In this document: positions 59,644 to 64,000 of the stretch, one piece after another
How positions within the stretch are numbered: the first letter of the stretch is position 1
Layout: every line of letters begins with the position of its first letter
Source of the DNA: an uncultured bacterium
GTDB lineage: Bacteria; Patescibacteriota; Minisyncoccia; Phycocordibacterales; Phycocordibacteraceae
NCBI GenBank assembly: GCA_937879955.1
Contig: CALFMK010000001.1
Span: 361,853 to 425,852 of the forward strand
Reading direction: 5' to 3'
DNA length: 64,000 nucleotides
Position numbers and translations under genes: made by a program
Notes under the pieces: model-generated
What the model was told of the DNA's origin: nothing
The model's database searches: none
The model's input: only the letters and a program-made list of their open reading frames with translations

Positions 59644-59994
59644 ATGGCACGAGTAAAAGGAGGAGTAACAGCATCGAAGCGCCGCAAGAACATCCTGCTG
59701 CGCGCGAAGGGATACCGCCACGGACGCTCCACGAAGGTGCGCCTCGCGAAGGAGTCCCTCGTCCACGCCGGAAAGAACGCGTTCAACCACCGCCGCGACA
59801 AGAAGACCGACTTCCGCCAGATCTGGATCGTCCGCCTCAACGCGGCTATCCGCGACCTCGGCTTCAAGTCCTACAGCACCTTCATCGCTGCGAAGGCGAG
59901 GGCAGGCATCGAGCTCGACCGCAAGGTCCTCGCCACCCTCGCCGCACAGGAGCCTGAGGTATTCGCTCGCGTCGCGAACAAGATCCAGGCGTAA
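59644..59994 (+). CDS. rplT: 50S ribosomal protein L20
   Basis: MARVKGG..AKGY..RRDKKTDFRQIWIVRLNAA..LDRKVLA. Confidence 0.97.
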   Translation: MARVKGGVTASKRRKNILLRAKGYRHGRSTKVRLAKESLVHAGKNAFNHRRDKKTDFRQIWIVRLNAAIRDLGFKSYSTFIAAKARAGIELDRKVLATLAAQEPEVFARVANKIQA

Positions 59995-60053
59995 GCCGCC
60001 CGTTTTGCAAGAGAAAGGCCCCGCATGTGCGGGGCCTTTCTTATCGGTTCCCT

Positions 60054-61445
60054 CTACCCTACCTTCTTCACTCCTTCCTTCGTGACATCCCACACGTCGC
60101 CCTGGCTCGGGACGATAGCGTTGCCGTCGAGGAAGTCATGGATGCGCTGCGCGAGGAACCGTTGCGCAGACGGCTCGCCGATAGACACGAAGATAGCCTT
60201 CGCGCGCGGGAGCGTGCCCTCCGCGAACCTGAGGAGTCCGTCCCTGTCCGCATGCGCGGACCAGCTCGTGAGACTCTCCACCTTCGCCCTCACCTTGATC
60301 TCCCGGCCGTCGAGCTTCACCTTGGGAGCGCCGTCCTGCAGGAGGCGTCCCGGAGACCCTGGCGCCTGGTATCCCACGATGAGGAGGGTGGTGGTCGGGA
60401 TTGGCAGGTACTTCGCCTCCCATTTCCCGATGCGCCCGCCGTGCGACATGCCGGCACCGGCGATGATGAGCTTGGGCTCCGGCTCTCCGGCGATCGTCTC
60501 CGAGTCCTCGCGGCTCTCGGTCATGGTGAGGAACGGGAACCGGAAGATGCTGCCCTCCTTCAGGGTCTCCTCCCTCGCCTTCGCATTGAAATACTTCCCT
60601 GCCCACTTCTCGTAGATACTCGTCACGTTGATGGCGAGCGGCGAGTCGAGATATACCGGGAACCGCGGAAGCTCGCCCGCTTCCATGAGGTTCGATATCT
60701 CATAGAGCATGAGCTGGGTGCGCTCCATGGAGAACGCCGGCATGAGGATGGTCCCGCCGCGCGCGAGCGCGCGCTTCAGGGTATCTCGGAGCTGCGGTAC
60801 CCGCTGGTCCACGTGCTCATGCACCCGGTCCCCATAGACGGCCTCCATGATGACCGCGTCCGCGTCGTCCACCCGCTCCGCGTCGTTCAGGTACGGGTTC
60901 GGGGAGTTCCCGATGTCTCCCGTGAAGACGACGCTCGTGCCGTCTGATATATCCCTCACGCGCACCGAGGCCGCGCCAAGGATATGTCCGGTGTCGCGCA
61001 GGTAGATGGAGAGCCCTGGAGCCGCCTCGCGCTCCTCGTGGTACTCGATGGTCTCGACGAGCTGCATGAGCCCTTCCACGTCCTGCTCGTCGTAGAGCGG
61101 GTCCTTCCCGTACCGCTTCGCCTCCTGCGCGAGCAGGGTGACGCTGTCACGCAGCATGAGCTCCATGAGGTCGCGGGTGGCGGCCGTCATGTACGCCTTG
61201 CCGCGGAAGCCCTCGCGGACGAGCTTCGGCACCCTGCCGATATGATCGAGGTGCGCGTGCGTTATCACGAGCGCCTGGATGGCGGACACGTCGTACGGGA
61301 ACGGCGCGTACATGCAGTCGACGCAGAAGTCCCGTCCCTGCTCGAGACCGGCATCGACCAGGAGCTTACCCTTCTCGCCCTCGACGAGAAAGTTCGAGCC
61401 GGTGACGGCGCCAGCGCCGCCATGGAAGGTTACGCGGAGCGCCAT
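60054..61445 (-). CDS. MBL-fold beta-CASP ribonuclease
   Basis: VTGS, THAHLDHIG, GHILG, FTGDIG, GMSHGGRI, SAHAD. Confidence 0.92.
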   Translation of the reverse strand: MALRVTFHGGAGAVTGSNFLVEGEKGKLLVDAGLEQGRDFCVDCMYAPFPYDVSAIQALVITHAHLDHIGRVPKLVREGFRGKAYMTAATRDLMELMLRDSVTLLAQEAKRYGKDPLYDEQDVEGLMQLVETIEYHEEREAAPGLSIYLRDTGHILGAASVRVRDISDGTSVVFTGDIGNSPNPYLNDAERVDDADAVIMEAVYGDRVHEHVDQRVPQLRDTLKRALARGGTILMPAFSMERTQLMLYEISNLMEAGELPRFPVYLDSPLAINVTSIYEKWAGKYFNAKAREETLKEGSIFRFPFLTMTESREDSETIAGEPEPKLIIAGAGMSHGGRIGKWEAKYLPIPTTTLLIVGYQAPGSPGRLLQDGAPKVKLDGREIKVRAKVESLTSWSAHADRDGLLRFAEGTLPRAKAIFVSIGEPSAQRFLAQRIHDFLDGNAIVPSQGDVWDVTKEGVKKVG

Positions 61446-61789
61446 AGGGTATATCTAGCTGCCAGGTACGCGAGCGACATGCCGACCGCGTCCATGAGGA
61501 GGTCGAGCGCGGTGTCGAACGCGAAGTTCGCCTCCCGCTCGGCATTGATCGCAAGCTCGAAGAGCTCCCAGCCCACCGCGATCGCGAGCATGCCCGTAAG
61601 GAACACGATGGCACGATGCCTGTCGAGGAGCGCGATGCCGAAGCTCGCGACGGTGAGCCCGCCGAGGAAATGCATCACGGTGTCGAACCAGGGGTAATGC
61701 CAGTACCAGAGGTTCGCGAGCGCCTCATGCTGCAGGTACGCGAGCGCGCTTGCGAGGATGAGGGTGACGAGGAGCCAAGGGAGACGCAT
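61430..61789 (-). CDS. Small membrane protein (DUF2238-like)
   Basis: WFDTVMHFLGG..VGWELFE..DTALDLLMDAVG. Confidence 0.7.
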   Translation of the reverse strand: MRLPWLLVTLILASALAYLQHEALANLWYWHYPWFDTVMHFLGGLTVASFGIALLDRHRAIVFLTGMLAIAVGWELFELAINAEREANFAFDTALDLLMDAVGMSLAYLAARYTLWRSA

Positions 61790-61842
61790 AGGGATAACTC
61801 TAGCATGACAAAAGCCGAGGCTCTCGCCTCGGCTTCTCTCAT

Positions 61843-61978
61843 AGAACCGCCCCGTGTGGCAACGTTGTGATGCCACGTGGGTGCCCGCATCGCGCGCCGT
61901 TGGTCGTCCGAGGACGTCCGCAGAGGCGCGGGATATGAGGCTCCCGGAAAAGTATCAAGTTGCGTTTAGGGCGGCTCT
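61843..61978 (-). ncRNA. ssrS: Probable 6S RNA
   Basis: TTGCCC-17-TATACT promoter (62013-61985). Rod with closing stem AGAGCCGCCCT/GGGGCGGTTCT, internal bubbles and an apical stem. Terminator at 61809-61835. Confidence 0.55.
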
Positions 61979-62066
61979 GGAGCCAGTATATCGCTCCTCG
62001 CATGCCCGGGCAAAAGGAAGGCCCGGATCGCCATGATCCGGGCCTTCTTTCCATATAGCGTATGGA

Positions 62067-62675
62067 TTACTCCAGGATGCCGTCGAGGTTCACGTCGTAG
62101 AGCACCTCGTCGCCGATGAGGCGGTAGCTGATGAGCTCCTCCTCGCTGAACCAAAGCGCGATCTCGGTCTCCGCGTTCTCCGGGGTGTCCGAGCAGTGGA
62201 TGAGGTTGCGCACCGCGCGGTCGTCGATCGCCGCGATGTTATAGGAATCGATGGTGAAGTCGCCGCGGATGGTGCCGACGTCGGAGGTAGCCGGCTCGGT
62301 GCCGCCCACGAGCTTGGTGACGACGGAAACTGCGGAGTTACCCTCCCATGCCATCATCACGACCGGTCCTGCGGTCATGAACTTCTCGAGGGCACGGATG
62401 ATGTCCTTGCCGTACTCGATAGGCTCCTTCTCGGCCGAGAGGCCTGCCGCAGCGCGATCCTCGGCGATCTTGGTGCCCTTCTTGATGAACCAGGCGTCAT
62501 CCTTGTTGTAGTGCTTCCAGATGCGGTCCGCATCAAGGACCGTGAGCTTCATACCGATAAGCTTGAGGCCGGTGCGCTCGAAGCGCTTCACGATCTCGCC
62601 GACGAGTCCGCGCTGCACGCCGTCTGGCTTCACGATGACGAACGTGCGCTCCTTCTTCGGATGTGGGATTGGCAT
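62067..62675 (-). CDS. ndk: Nucleoside diphosphate kinase
   Basis: ERTFVIVKPDGVQRGLVGEI..GTIRGDF..NLIHCSD. Confidence 0.95.
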   Translation of the reverse strand: MPIPHPKKERTFVIVKPDGVQRGLVGEIVKRFERTGLKLIGMKLTVLDADRIWKHYNKDDAWFIKKGTKIAEDRAAAGLSAEKEPIEYGKDIIRALEKFMTAGPVVMMAWEGNSAVSVVTKLVGGTEPATSDVGTIRGDFTIDSYNIAAIDDRAVRNLIHCSDTPENAETEIALWFSEEELISYRLIGDEVLYDVNLDGILE

Positions 62676-62752
62676 AGTGTCTATAGTAAAAATCGCCCTA
62701 GGGCGCTTGTATGTCCGCACTATACTACAGCCTCTGAGGGCTGTCAGCTTCC

Positions 62753-63055
62753 CTACTTCTCGCCCTTCAGGATGACTTTCCCGTCGAATCCGCCCCGCTC
62801 CTCCCGCTTCGCGAGACGTACCGCTTCGACATCCGCATACTCCGGAAGCATCTTCAGGGCCGCGATCACCTCGAGCACGTCGCCGAGCTCTTCGACGGAG
62901 GTTACCTCGGCGAACTCGCCCGCCTCCTCCACGAGCTTCTTCACGAGCTCGCGCTTGTATTCGCCGTCGTCAGCGATCCGCATCTCATACGGAACGCCTT
63001 TCGAATCGAGTAGATCCGGGATACCGTCGCGCACGAGCTTCTCGTACTGGGCCAT
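62753..63055 (-). CDS. MazG-like nucleoside triphosphate pyrophosphohydrolase
   Basis: YEKLVRDGIP..KLVEEAGEF..EELGDVLEV..KREERGGF. Confidence 0.88.
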   Translation of the reverse strand: MAQYEKLVRDGIPDLLDSKGVPYEMRIADDGEYKRELVKKLVEEAGEFAEVTSVEELGDVLEVIAALKMLPEYADVEAVRLAKREERGGFDGKVILKGEK

Positions 63056-63059
63056 AGGA

Positions 63060-63845
63060 CTATCGTACCACCTCGCTCGGACGCCTCGTCACCACGATCG
63101 TGCCTTCCTCCTCGATGAGGAGCGTGTGCTCCGAGTGCGAGGAGATGGACCCGTCGCGCGTGCGGTACGTATGGCCGTCCGGCGCGAGGATGATGGAGCC
63201 CTTCCCCGCGTTCGCGATAGGCTCGAGCGCGAGCACCATGCCCGGCACGATCTCAGGGCCGGTCCCGGCATGGCCGAAGTTCGAGATGTACGGCTCCTCA
63301 TGCACGCGACGTCCCACGGCGTGCCCGCCGAGCACCTTCACGATGGAGAAGCCCGTGCCCTTGAACGCGAGCTCGGTCGCATGCGAGATGTCGCCGGTCC
63401 GGTTCCCCACCCTCGCAGCCTTGATGGCTTCTTCGAGGGCGTAGTCGGTCGCCGCGATGAGCGCGCTCGCCTGCTTCGATACCTTCCCTACCGGAACCGT
63501 GACAGCCGAGTCCGTGAAGAATCCGTCATGCACGATGCCGAAGTCGAGCGATACGATGTCGCCTTCCTTGAGCATGCGCGGCTTCTCGTTCGGGATGCCG
63601 TGCACCACCTCCTCGTTCACCGAGACGCAGAGCGCGGCCGGGAACGGACGCGGCGCGCCCTCGGGCGTATAGCCCTTGAAGGCCGGCTTATCGCCCGCCT
63701 CCTCGATGAGACGCATCGCCTCGTTCTCGAGGTCGAGCGTGGTGACGCCAGGCGCGACCATCCTCTCGAGCGCTTCGAGCATCACGCCGAGCCGGCGACC
63801 CGACTCGATGATGCCCGCACGCTCCTCAGGCGTCCGTACGATCAT
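63060..63845 (-). CDS. map: Methionine aminopeptidase type I
   Basis: CVSVNEEVVHGIP, DFG..DSAVT, GHAVG..HEEP, LEP, HSEHT. Confidence 0.96.
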   Translation of the reverse strand: MIVRTPEERAGIIESGRRLGVMLEALERMVAPGVTTLDLENEAMRLIEEAGDKPAFKGYTPEGAPRPFPAALCVSVNEEVVHGIPNEKPRMLKEGDIVSLDFGIVHDGFFTDSAVTVPVGKVSKQASALIAATDYALEEAIKAARVGNRTGDISHATELAFKGTGFSIVKVLGGHAVGRRVHEEPYISNFGHAGTGPEIVPGMVLALEPIANAGKGSIILAPDGHTYRTRDGSISSHSEHTLLIEEEGTIVVTRRPSEVVR

Positions 63846-64000
63846 GCCGCTGGCGCGTTAAGGGCCGCGAGGATCGCCGCTTCCACCTCCTCGGGCGTCT
63901 TCGTCCCGTCGATCGTGACGAGCTTCCCCTGCTTCTTGAAATAGTCGAGGACCGGCGCCGTGTGCTCATGATAGGTCGAAAGACGCGCCTCGATCTGCTC
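63842..64000 (-). CDS. adk: Adenylate kinase, C-terminal fragment (runs off the window)
   Basis: EQIEARLSTYHEHTAPVLDYF..IDGTKTPEEV; upstream of map. Confidence 0.85.
   Translation of the reverse strand, partial: EQIEARLSTYHEHTAPVLDYFKKQGKLVTIDGTKTPEEVEAAILAALNAPAA

Overview
High-GC bacterial chromosome segment. Its gene content points to a Patescibacteria/CPR (Parcubacteria-like) genome, which is an inference from the complete type IV pilus/competence locus, many pilins, HTH/LAGLIDADG-type ORFs beside tRNAs, tRNA genes without encoded CCA, tRNA-Ile(UAU) and few biosynthetic genes. Housekeeping genes: gatA/gatC, ligA, recG, ftsH, smpB/ssrA, infC-rpmI-rplT, ndk, map, adk (partial), nfi, malic enzyme and five tRNAs. 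Accessory genes: nirK, a Fur/Zur metal module (YibE/F, CDF, CooC-like ATPase), surface proteins, a METTL9-like methyltransferase and a low-GC DUF305 metal islet after ssrA. The most striking region is 12.5-17.7 kb. An OmpR-type regulator and a 7TM-GAF histidine kinase bracket a three-enzyme operon (GAMT-like methyltransferase, AdoMetDC-family pyruvoyl decarboxylase, GNAT). Arrays of 11-bp-period direct repeats lie upstream of that operon and upstream of each of two paralogous rod-shaped hairpin RNAs with compensatory base changes. Together this is a candidate small-molecule signalling (quorum-sensing-like) circuit with sRNA outputs. All assignments were made by eye from motifs; no database searches were run.
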